Shown: in pieces, positions 1 to 6,808 of the stretch
Position numbering within the stretch: the stretch's first letter is position 1
Layout of the letters: every line of letters starts with the position of its first letter
Assembly: GCA_029269845.2 (NCBI GenBank)
Contig: CP149973.1
Coordinates: 1,290,001 to 1,322,000, forward strand
DNA length: 32,000 nucleotides
Direction: 5' to 3'
From: Opitutia bacterium KCR 482
GTDB taxonomy: Bacteria > Verrucomicrobiota > Verrucomicrobiia > Opitutales > Intestinicryptomonadaceae
The notes under the pieces: generated by a model
What the model saw: only the letters and a program-made list of their open reading frames with translations
Databases searched by the model: none
Told to the model about the DNA's origin: nothing
Made by a program: the position numbers and the translations under genes

Positions 1-372
1 GGGATAGAGAGAGTAGCTGGGGTCGAGGGTGGCAATCGGGCGGGAGTCGTCGGAGAACGCGCGGATTACGACGTTCAGGGCGTCGTCCGAGCCGTTTGCG
101 GCGAACGCGCACGCGGCGGGCACGCCGAAGTATTTGCCGAGCTGCTCGCGCAGCTTGGAGCTTTCGGGATTAGGGTAGAGGCGCAGCGACGCGCCGTCCC
201 TGCCAAGCTCGTTTTTAATAGCCTCGACGACTTTCGGGCTGGGCGGGAACGGAAATTCGTTCGTGTTGAGTTTCACCCATTTTTCAATGTCTTTCGGCTG
301 TTCGCCGGGGGTGTAGCCCGCCATGTTGGCGACGGATTTTGAAATGCGTTTTTTCAGATTAAATTTTTTCAT
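1..372 (-). CDS. hisC: histidinol-phosphate aminotransferase, N-terminal part (gene runs off the left edge)
   Basis: My own reverse-strand translation from the ATG at 372..370 reads MKKFNLKKRISKSVANMAGYTPGEQPKDIEKWVKLNTNEFPFPPSPKVVEAIKNELGRDGASLRLYPNPESSKLREQLGKYFGVPAACAFAANGSDDALNVVIRAFSDDSRPIATLDPSYSLYP. This is the typical HisC N-terminus (GYxPGEQ, KLNTNE-P, NGSD, PxYxxY). It is absent from the ORF track because the window edge truncates it. Its ATG overlaps the upstream TGA (ATGA). Confidence 0.85.
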   Translation of the reverse strand, partial: MKKFNLKKRISKSVANMAGYTPGEQPKDIEKWVKLNTNEFPFPPSPKVVEAIKNELGRDGASLRLYPNPESSKLREQLGKYFGVPAACAFAANGSDDALNVVIRAFSDDSRPIATLDPSYSLYP

Positions 373-1145
373 TTTTCGGATTCCCTCGTTTCCATGACAT
401 ACCCGCGAATGTCGGGAATTTGCTTTACGCGCGCGCCGTTGGCGAGCCGCTCCATGTAGGGGTCGGGCTTGCGTTCGAGGCTGAAAGGTTCGTCGGGTAT
501 GTTGTTTTCGTCAATGTCAAGCTCGTCGATTGGGTCGATGTCGTCGAAGAGCATTGAGATTCTCCGCGCCTCCTCGATGAGAAGCTCGACGGGGTTTGCG
601 ACTTCGAATTTTTTATCTACAAGCTCGAAGCGCATTGGGTAGCAGAGCTTTTCGTAGCGCGATTTTATGTCGGCGATGTCGCGATTCGGGACGCCCGAAC
701 GGCGCGAAAGCAGCATGCAGTCGGCAAAATGCGCGAGAGCGTCGGCGAAGGGGGCGCATTCGTCGCGGTGTCGGACAAGCGTTGCGCAGTCGAGCACGCT
801 CCAAATGCGGGCGAGCCTGATTTTCCCGCAATCGACGGTCTTCTTGAACTCCTCGATTTCGTCGGCGGGGTTTTTCGACGAGTCCGCGACGTAGAAAACG
901 TGCGTGAAGCGCGATTCGTCGAGCGCGTCGATTTTCGCGCGGGCGTCGGCGGCGTCGGAATAGCGAACAAAGCCCGCGTTCGGAGCGGAGGCTATTTTTT
1001 TGTCGAAGTCCGTGCGGGCTTCGTTTTCGGAAATGAAAACGCCGCAAAAATCGTCGTCGCCCAATGCCTTGTAGATTACGTCGGCGCAGATTCCGCAACG
1101 CCCCGATGTCGGCGTGCCCAAAATCAAATATGCGGGAATGCTCAT
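369..1145 (-). CDS. hypothetical protein, divergent or degenerate CobW/G3E P-loop GTPase-like fold
   Basis: This is ORF 369..1244, trimmed to the internal ATG at 1145 (MSIPAYLILGTPTSGRCG...). That ATG forms an ATGA overlap with the aroC stop, and the stop at 369 overlaps the hisC ATG. The motif order resembles COG0523/CobW: LILG-x-GxxxxG-R-C in place of GxxGxGKT, then ISENE (compare IENEFG), VFYVADS (compare IECTG), then SVLDCATL and ADCMLLSRR (compare AD-ilLnKxD). The Walker-A Lys/Thr and the CxCC metal motif are missing. Confidence 0.6.
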   Translation of the reverse strand: MSIPAYLILGTPTSGRCGICADVIYKALGDDDFCGVFISENEARTDFDKKIASAPNAGFVRYSDAADARAKIDALDESRFTHVFYVADSSKNPADEIEEFKKTVDCGKIRLARIWSVLDCATLVRHRDECAPFADALAHFADCMLLSRRSGVPNRDIADIKSRYEKLCYPMRFELVDKKFEVANPVELLIEEARRISMLFDDIDPIDELDIDENNIPDEPFSLERKPDPYMERLANGARVKQIPDIRGYVMETRESEK

Positions 1146-2227
1146 AAAATTCGGCTCCTTACTGTTCGTTGTATCAATATTGCATCGGCACAAACCAGAG
1201 CCGCCATAGCCTCGACAATCGGCACTGCCCGCGGAAGCACGCACGGGTCGTGCCGCCCCCTGCCGACGACGGCGGTTTTTTCAAGCCCGCGCGTAAGGGT
1301 GGGCTGCTCCTTTGCGATTGTTGCGGTGGGCTTGAACGCCACGCGGAAATCGACGGGGCGCGATGTCGTTATTCCGCCGAGCACGCCGCCCGCGTTGTTC
1401 GTGCGCGTGGTGATGCCGCCGTCTTCCGACAGTTCGAAAATGTCGTTGTTCTGCGAGCCGAACATGCGCGCCGACGCAAAGCCGCCGCCGATTTCAAAGC
1501 CCTTTGTCGCGGGAATCGAAAGCATCGCCTTTGCAAGCTCCGCCTCGAAGCGGTCGAAGACGGGGTCGCCAAGCCCCGCGGGAAGCCCCTCTATTCGGCA
1601 GCGGATAACCCCGCCCACGCTGTCGCCCTCGGCGCGGGCCTTTTTGATGAACTCTTCCATTCGCGCCGAAACCTGCGGATTCGGGCAACGCACGGGGCTT
1701 TTTTCGACGTCCTCGAAACTCGGCATCTCGCGCTGCAAGGGCATTGCTATTGAATGCACGCTCTCAACCCACGCGGTGATTTTCACGCCGCCGCCCAAAA
1801 ATTTCCGCGCGACAGCCCCCGCCGCCACGCGCCCGATTGTCTCGCGGGCGGAGCTTCTGCCGCCGCCGCGCGGGTCGCGCAAGCCGTACTTGGCGTCGTA
1901 TGTGAAGTCGGCATGCGACGGACGCCAGAGCTTTGCGATTTCGGAGTAGTCTTGCGAGTGCTGGTTTTTGTTGCGCACAACAACGCAAATGGGCGTCCCC
2001 AGCGTCTTGCCCTCGTAGACGCCCGAAAGGATTTCGCAGGCGTCGGCTTCGTCGCGCGGCGTCGTGAGCGAATTCTGACCGGGTCTGCGCCTGTCGAGCT
2101 GGAATTGAATGTCGTCGGACGAAAGCTCCAACATCGACGGACAGCCGTCGATAATGCAGCCGACCGCCGCGCCGTGGCTCTCGCCGAAAGTCGATACCCT
2201 GAAAACTCTGCCGAAAATGCTTCCCAT
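1142..2227 (-). CDS. aroC: chorismate synthase
   Basis: This is ORF 1142..2299, trimmed to the ATG at 2227 (MGSIFGRVFRVSTFGESHGAAVGCIIDGCP...). It shows canonical chorismate synthase motifs throughout (GESHG, RRPGQ, RPSHAD, GGGRSSARET, GRHDPC). Confidence 0.95.
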   Translation of the reverse strand: MGSIFGRVFRVSTFGESHGAAVGCIIDGCPSMLELSSDDIQFQLDRRRPGQNSLTTPRDEADACEILSGVYEGKTLGTPICVVVRNKNQHSQDYSEIAKLWRPSHADFTYDAKYGLRDPRGGGRSSARETIGRVAAGAVARKFLGGGVKITAWVESVHSIAMPLQREMPSFEDVEKSPVRCPNPQVSARMEEFIKKARAEGDSVGGVIRCRIEGLPAGLGDPVFDRFEAELAKAMLSIPATKGFEIGGGFASARMFGSQNNDIFELSEDGGITTRTNNAGGVLGGITTSRPVDFRVAFKPTATIAKEQPTLTRGLEKTAVVGRGRHDPCVLPRAVPIVEAMAALVCADAILIQRTVRSRIL

Positions 2228-2295
2228 TTGTTTTATATAACACACGAAAGCCGCCCGCGTTTCAAGCCAATTCGCGCCTCCGCCCCGCCGTTTGA

Positions 2296-2330
2296 ACAAA
2301 AAAAAAGAACGTCCTCTTACGAGGACGCCT
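2296..2330 (-). terminator. rho-independent terminator with no annotated gene upstream of it on its strand
   Basis: The minus strand reads CGTCCTC-GTAA-GAGGACG (7-bp GC-rich stem at 2310..2316 / 2321..2327, 4-nt loop) followed by TTCTTTTTTTTT. On the plus strand only four T follow the stem, so it is oriented for minus-strand transcripts. It sits about 70 nt upstream of the aroC start codon. Confidence 0.6.
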
Positions 2331-2423
2331 TTTAACCTACTCTACTACTCTAATTCCGAAACCGCCTTGCGGCGTTCCGAAATCGGGGACGATAATAACA
2401 TATCCAGCCCCCGCCTCCAAACT

Positions 2424-2460
2424 TTAAAAACGGGTATTTTTTCAAAAATGGGTATGTTTT
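2424..2460. repeat. adjacent imperfect direct repeat, T[T/C]AAAAA[C/T]GGGTAT[T/G]TTT, two copies
   Basis: The plus strand reads ttaaaaacgggtatttt (2424..2440), then t, then tcaaaaatgggtatgtttt (2442..2460). The period is 18 bp. It lies in the AT-rich aroC-rpsB spacer. Confidence 0.5.
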
Positions 2461-2809
2461 ACCGCAACGGACACACGAAACAGGTTGCGCACAGATAACA
2501 TTGCATAAAAACGACATACAAATAAAAACCGACAACGCAACAAAACGGCAAGAACTGGCAAAAGACAAATTTTTTGCAAATAGGTCGGATTTTTTCGAAA
2601 GAAAAATTCAAAACGCGGAATGGCGAAAATGCAAATACGGAAAAAACGCCGCATACAAGCCGCGCCGCGTAAGAATCCCATTACCATGAAAAATGTGAAA
2701 AATTTGCTTGCGCCAAACGCGCCCTTGGTGTTTCATGCAAACTTTTTCCGAAAATCGCACGGTGCGGCTTTCGATAAAAACAACCTCAAAACAATAGAAA
2801 TATCCCAGG

Positions 2810-2832
2810 TTTGCCGAAAGGCAAATACGGAG
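2810..2832 (+). promoter_or_regulatory. rpsB 5' leader hairpin plus Shine-Dalgarno-like GGAG
   Basis: TTTGCC-GAAA-GGCAAA (a 6-bp stem with a GNRA-type loop, 2810..2825) is followed directly by acGGAG (2829..2832), 9 nt before the rpsB ATG. Any regulatory role is speculative. Confidence 0.25.
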
Positions 2833-2841
2833 CATAACATC

Positions 2842-3594
2842 ATGAATATCACAGTAAAAGACCTCCTCGACGCAGGCGTGCATTTTGGTCACCAGACACG
2901 CCGCTGGAACCCGAAATCGAAGCCCTATGTCTACGACCACCGCTCTGGCGTTTCGATTATCGACCTCGAAAAAACCTACGCGCAGCTCGAAAAAGCCGCC
3001 GCGTTCCTCGAAGAAATCGTTGCGTCGAACAAGGACGTCATGTTCATCGGCACAAAGCGTCAGGCTCAGGAAATCCTCCGCGAAGCCGCCACAATGTGCA
3101 ACATGCCCTTCTGCGTAAACCGCTGGCTCGGCGGCACGCTCACAAACTTCGAAACAATCCAGTCGAGCCTCAAAAAATACAAGAAGTTCCTCGACATGGA
3201 AGCTTCGGGCGCACTCGACAAGCTCTATGCAAAGGAAGCGGCAGCTATCCGTCGCGAGATGGACAGAATGAACCGCAACTTCGAAGGCATCAAGGAAATC
3301 AAGAAGCTCCCCGGCGCGGCGTTCATCGTAGACATCAAGAACGAGGAAATCGCCGTTGCGGAATGCCGCAAGCTCGGAATTCCGGTCGTTGCGGTCGTCG
3401 ATACAAACTCCGACCCGACGCTCGTTGACTACCCGATTCCCGCCAACGACGACGCAGTAAAGAGCATTCGCCTCATCACCGAAATCGTAGTGGAAGCTAT
3501 CCAGAACGGACTCAGCCGCCGCACGGTTCAGGTAAAAAATCCGCAGATCGTAGCCCAGAAGGACGAAGCGAAAGCGGAAGAACCCAAAGCTTAA
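2842..3594 (+). CDS. rpsB: 30S ribosomal protein S2
   Basis: This is ORF 2620..3594, trimmed to the ATG at 2842 (MNITVKDLLDAGVHFGHQTRRWNPK...), which is the conserved S2 N-terminus. GGAG lies upstream. The in-frame upstream extension has no S2 similarity. Confidence 0.95.
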   Translation: MNITVKDLLDAGVHFGHQTRRWNPKSKPYVYDHRSGVSIIDLEKTYAQLEKAAAFLEEIVASNKDVMFIGTKRQAQEILREAATMCNMPFCVNRWLGGTLTNFETIQSSLKKYKKFLDMEASGALDKLYAKEAAAIRREMDRMNRNFEGIKEIKKLPGAAFIVDIKNEEIAVAECRKLGIPVVAVVDTNSDPTLVDYPIPANDDAVKSIRLITEIVVEAIQNGLSRRTVQVKNPQIVAQKDEAKAEEPKA

Positions 3595-3613
3595 CAACTA
3601 ATTTATTACCGAC

Positions 3614-4204
3614 ATGGAAATCACCGCAAAGATGGTAAGCGACTTGCGCGCGACGACGGGCGCAGGTCTGATGGACTGCAAAAAAGCCCTCGCCGAAGCC
3701 GAAGGCAACGAAGAAAAAGCTATCGAAATCCTCCGCAAGAAGGGCGTTGCGACGGCGGCAAAGAAAGCCGGCAGAAACGCCTCGCAGGGCTTGGTAGCAG
3801 CTTATATCCACTCGAACAACAAGGTGGGCGTGCTCATCGAAGTTGCGTGCGAGTCGGACTTCGTGGCAAAGAACGAAGACTTCAAGTCTTTTGTGCGCGA
3901 CCTCTGCATGCACATCGCGGCGGCCGCTCCCATCTGCATTAAGCGCGAAGAAGTTCCCGCCGACCTCGTCGAAAAGGAACGCGAAATCGCCCTTGCGCAG
4001 CTGGCGGAAGACAAGAAGCCCGAAGCAATCAAGCAGAAGATTGTCGACGGTAAAATCGACAAGTTCGTCGCGGGCATTTGCCTGCTCGAACAGCCCTTTG
4101 TCAAGGACGACAAGTTCACGGTCGGCGACATGCTTACGCAGAAAATCGCGACAATCGGCGAAAAAATCGAAGTCAAACGCTTCACGCGCTACCAAATCGG
4201 CTAA
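3614..4204 (+). CDS. tsf: translation elongation factor Ts (short form)
   Basis: MEITAKMVSDLRATTGAGLMDCKKALAEAEGNEEKAIEILRKKG is the conserved EF-Ts UBA-like N-terminus. The gene starts 19 nt downstream of rpsB, in the classical rpsB-tsf order. Confidence 0.95.
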   Translation: MEITAKMVSDLRATTGAGLMDCKKALAEAEGNEEKAIEILRKKGVATAAKKAGRNASQGLVAAYIHSNNKVGVLIEVACESDFVAKNEDFKSFVRDLCMHIAAAAPICIKREEVPADLVEKEREIALAQLAEDKKPEAIKQKIVDGKIDKFVAGICLLEQPFVKDDKFTVGDMLTQKIATIGEKIEVKRFTRYQIG

Positions 4205-4227
4205 TCGAGTTTTTCATATCAACAAAG

Positions 4228-4259
4228 AACGGTTTCGGGTTTCCGAAACCGTTTTTTTT
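4228..4259 (+). terminator. rho-independent terminator of rpsB-tsf
   Basis: AACGGTTTCGG-gttt-CCGAAACCGTT (a perfect 11-bp stem) is followed by a T-run (4252..4259). Confidence 0.8.
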
Positions 4260-4284
4260 GCGAACGCACAAACAAAAAAAATAC

Positions 4285-4314
4285 TTGCAAAATACGCGGG
4301 ACAACATGTATGAT
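4285..4314 (+). promoter_or_regulatory. sigma70-like promoter candidate (TTGCAA-N18-TATGAT)
   Basis: The -35 TTGCAA is at 4285..4290 and the -10 TATGAT at 4309..4314, 23 nt upstream of the ATG at 4338. This is a motif match only. Confidence 0.3.
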
Positions 4315-4337
4315 ATTTTAACATAAACAAACATATT

Positions 4338-4868
4338 ATGAAAAAATACATACTTATTATCTTTTCGGCATTCTTGGCGTTGTCTTTGCAGGCGCAGAGC
4401 GCGCGCATTACGCTCGACCAAAAGGTCTCGCGCCACGAGAGCCGCAGACAACTCTCAAGCGACCACGACGACTTCGTCAAAAACGTCTCGCGCAAAAAGG
4501 CGTTCACCCTCACGGTTGCGTCAACAACAAGCCTCGACGTTTTCGTGGTTTTCTTCACGATCGCGGGCGGCGAAATGAACTGCGACACCGTTGTCGGCAA
4601 AGCGACAATGGCAAAGCCTTTCGTCTACACCGCAGGCGCAACAGGAGAGTCGGAGCAAGTCAACATTGCGTTCAAGAAATACGGCTGGGGCGACGACTTC
4701 AAACGCTTCTACGGCAACGCAAAGGTCGAAGCCGCCGCGTACGTCTACAACCGCAAGGACGGCAAACTGCTCGGGCAGAAATTCACTTCAAAGGCGTTTG
4801 CCGACAAAATCGAAAAGAAGTTCAAAACCGACATGCAGAACGCCGCAAACGAAAACATGCTGAAATAA
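4338..4868 (+). CDS. secreted hypothetical protein
   Basis: A 176-aa ORF with a clear signal peptide, MKKYILIIFSAFLALSLQAQ|S. It has its own promoter-like motif and is followed by a strong hairpin. I recognise no family. Confidence 0.7.
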   Translation: MKKYILIIFSAFLALSLQAQSARITLDQKVSRHESRRQLSSDHDDFVKNVSRKKAFTLTVASTTSLDVFVVFFTIAGGEMNCDTVVGKATMAKPFVYTAGATGESEQVNIAFKKYGWGDDFKRFYGNAKVEAAAYVYNRKDGKLLGQKFTSKAFADKIEKKFKTDMQNAANENMLK

Positions 4869-4883
4869 CAAAGTCGACGCGTT

Positions 4884-4935
4884 CGGCACAAAAAACGCGG
4901 AAGTTCGCATTGGCGATTCCGCGTTTTTTGTGCCG
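4884..4935. terminator. long perfect hairpin, bidirectional terminator between convergent genes
   Basis: CGGCACAAAAAACGCGGAA (4884..4902) pairs perfectly with TTCCGCGTTTTTTGTGCCG (4917..4935), giving a 19-bp stem with a 14-nt loop. The A and T runs lie inside the stem arms. Confidence 0.6.
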
Positions 4936-5058
4936 CGAAAAGTTGGGGCGCGGCATAAATACGTCGAACGTGTCCGCGCGAGTGTAAGGTTAAATAGAAG
5001 CGGAATTTTAAATCAAAGCCGCACTCGCAGCAATGCGGCAGTCCCGCGCGGGGAAAGG

Positions 5059-5592
5059 CTAATCGTCGCCGTAGACGAACACCATGATTATGTAAATCGC
5101 GACCCCTACCGTAATTCCGCAGTCCGCCACGTTGAACGCAGGCCAGCGGTAGTTTACAATAGGCAGGTGCACGTCGATAAAGTCGATAACGTGCCCGTAG
5201 CTGATTCGGTCTATCAAATTTCCGATAACCCCGCCGACGAAAATCCCCAGAGCAATCCGCCCCCAGAGGCGCGAAAAGCCGAGGCTGTTGCGGAACAGCC
5301 ATACAGCCGCGAGCGCGAGAACCGCAATCGACGCAAGCAGGTACGTCTGCCCCGACAGAATCCCCCACGCCGCGCCCTCGTTTGTGATGTGGACGATGTA
5401 GAGGAAGTTGTCGATTGCCGAAATCGGCTTGTTTTCGCCGCCGAAGTGGTATGTCGGGTTGTCGAAAGACCACGGTATGTTTTTGACGACGGCAAATTTT
5501 GTGAGCTGGTCGAGCGCGACGGTGAGAACCGCCGCGACGAAAAATGCCGCCGAGGGGGTCTTTTTGCCCTTGTATTCCGATTTTTGTTCCAC
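5059..5592 (-). CDS. lspA: lipoprotein signal peptidase (signal peptidase II)
   Basis: A 177-aa ORF with four hydrophobic segments and the motifs DQLTK, NxGAAWG-like (NEGAAWG) and FNVAD. The first codon is GTG (5590..5592). It follows ileS and the dksA-like gene, as in many bacteria. Confidence 0.9.
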   Translation of the reverse strand: MEQKSEYKGKKTPSAAFFVAAVLTVALDQLTKFAVVKNIPWSFDNPTYHFGGENKPISAIDNFLYIVHITNEGAAWGILSGQTYLLASIAVLALAAVWLFRNSLGFSRLWGRIALGIFVGGVIGNLIDRISYGHVIDFIDVHLPIVNYRWPAFNVADCGITVGVAIYIIMVFVYGDD

Positions 5593-5604
5593 GGCGAAAA
5601 AAGT

Positions 5605-6804
5605 TTAAGAACCCGCTTCCTCGTCGGGCGATGAGGAGGACGCCGAGCCGTCTCCCATGTCGTAGAGCGCGGAACGCTGGCTTGCCTTTATGCGCTTCGC
5701 CTCGCGCTCCTTGATTTCCTGCCCCTCTTTTGTGCAGCGCGTGTAGGGAATCGACATCAGGCGCGATTCAGGAATGGGTTTGCCCGTGATTTCGCAGATT
5801 CCGTAAGTGCCGTTTTTGATGCGCTTGATAGCCTCCTCGATTTCCGAAAGAACCTCTTTCTGGTTCGATATGAGATTGTACGCCATATCGCGCTCGAAGC
5901 TTTCGCTGCCGGCGTCGGCGAGATGCTGCCCGTACGATGACAGGTCGCCCGCGTCGTCCTTTGCGGAGCGTTTAAGCACCTCTTCGGAGCGTTGTTCCAC
6001 GCCGCTCGAATGGTGTTTGCGGAGATCGACGAGCATTTTGTAGTACTTTTTCCACTTGCGGGGAACGTCCTGCTCGTCGAGTTTTTCGTGGGTTTGCGCC
6101 ACGACGGGGTTAAGCCCAAGAATGTCGAAAATGGTTGCCACCGCGAGCGGTTTTTTGGGAACTGCGGGCGCGGTGACGGGCTTTGCCGACGCCGCAGACG
6201 CGGTTTTCTTCGCCGCCGATTTCTCTTTCTGGACGCGTTCCGTCTGGGCTTCGCGCTTTTCGAAATACGCGTTCAGGTCTTCGATTGAGAAGTAGATGTT
6301 GTGCGACGGGCGCAGGTGCGCTTTTTTGCGCTTCGAAGCCGGCGCGGCGAATTGGCGTTCCGGCTCTTTCGGAGCGGGATCCGCCTTTTGCGGTTTTTCG
6401 GTTTTTTCGGCAACAGAAGCTGCCGCCTTTGTTTTTTCCGTTTTGGCGGGCTTTTTTTCCGCCGTTTTTTTGGAAGTTTTTTTCACGTTTTCCGTTTTCT
6501 TTTGCGCGGCGGGCTTGGGCGCGGAGATAGTCGCCTGCGCTATGCGTTTCGGCTGCGCCTTGGCGTTTACCGACTCGCGCAGTTTTGCGAGCTTGTCGGG
6601 CTTGACCGAGGCTATTACGCGCCTTGCAGGCGCGGCTGCGCCATTCTTTGCCGCCGAAACCGCCGCCGCTTTCTTTGCGGGCGGCGTTTTTTTGCCGACC
6701 GCCGCCTTTTTGGCTGCCGGCAAAACCTTCTTCGGCGCGGATTTTGCCTGCACCGGCTTTGCGGATTTTTTGGCTGACTTTTTGGGGGCGGTCTTCTTGC
6801 TCAT
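5605..6804 (-). CDS. DksA/TraR-family protein with a long Lys/Ala/Pro-rich (histone H1-like) N-terminal region
   Basis: A 399-aa ORF. About the first 235 residues are low-complexity AKK/KKA/PAKK repeats. The C-terminus (...LISNQKEVLSEIEEAIKRIKNGTYGICEITGKPIPESRLMSIPYTRCTKEGQE...) matches the DksA/TraR coiled-coil plus finger region, but with only two of the four zinc-finger Cys. Confidence 0.8.
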   Translation of the reverse strand: MSKKTAPKKSAKKSAKPVQAKSAPKKVLPAAKKAAVGKKTPPAKKAAAVSAAKNGAAAPARRVIASVKPDKLAKLRESVNAKAQPKRIAQATISAPKPAAQKKTENVKKTSKKTAEKKPAKTEKTKAAASVAEKTEKPQKADPAPKEPERQFAAPASKRKKAHLRPSHNIYFSIEDLNAYFEKREAQTERVQKEKSAAKKTASAASAKPVTAPAVPKKPLAVATIFDILGLNPVVAQTHEKLDEQDVPRKWKKYYKMLVDLRKHHSSGVEQRSEEVLKRSAKDDAGDLSSYGQHLADAGSESFERDMAYNLISNQKEVLSEIEEAIKRIKNGTYGICEITGKPIPESRLMSIPYTRCTKEGQEIKEREAKRIKASQRSALYDMGDGSASSSSPDEEAGS

Positions 6805-6808
6805 AATG

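Noticed and set aside
729-1949. A long (406 aa) plus-strand ORF antisense to aroC and the CobW-like gene. Similar long antisense ORFs occur at 8183..9625 (+, opposite ileS), 14517..16526 (+, opposite pstC/pstS), 22930..24633 (+, opposite ThuA/Gfo), and 25100..26422 and 26492..28378 (-, opposite PFOR).
   Set aside because: Each lies opposite a confidently identified conserved gene. Their translations are Arg/Gly/Ala/Val-rich low-information sequence with no recognisable motifs. Long stop-free antisense frames are expected in GC-rich coding DNA.
2350-2568. I considered an aromatic-rich leader peptide with a transcription attenuator for the aroC operon, because the ORF encodes many F, Y and W residues and is followed by a terminator upstream of aroC.
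   Set aside because: The ORF is far longer than known leader peptides and has no run of consecutive regulatory codons. I could not find an antiterminator segment complementary to the terminator stem. The Phe and Tyr richness follows from T/A-rich DNA. I kept it only as a minor alternative within the spacer finding.
2620-2841. The ORF track contains in-frame N-terminal extensions: rpsB from 2620, aroC from 2299, pstB from 13267, phoB from 19333, the ThuA-like gene from 23360, the porin from 17748, the beta-helix gene from 28963 and gmhA from 30886.
   Set aside because: The extensions lack family similarity and often run through upstream genes or AT-rich spacers. Internal ATGs give canonical N-termini or signal peptides, and in several cases they give ATGA coupling with the upstream stop.
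5019-5052. A hairpin gccgca...tgcggc and the palindrome tcccgcgcggga lie just downstream of lspA.
   Set aside because: The hairpin is most simply a weak lspA terminator (minus strand, followed by tttgattt). It sits next to the large bidirectional hairpin at 4884..4935. There is no evidence for anything more.
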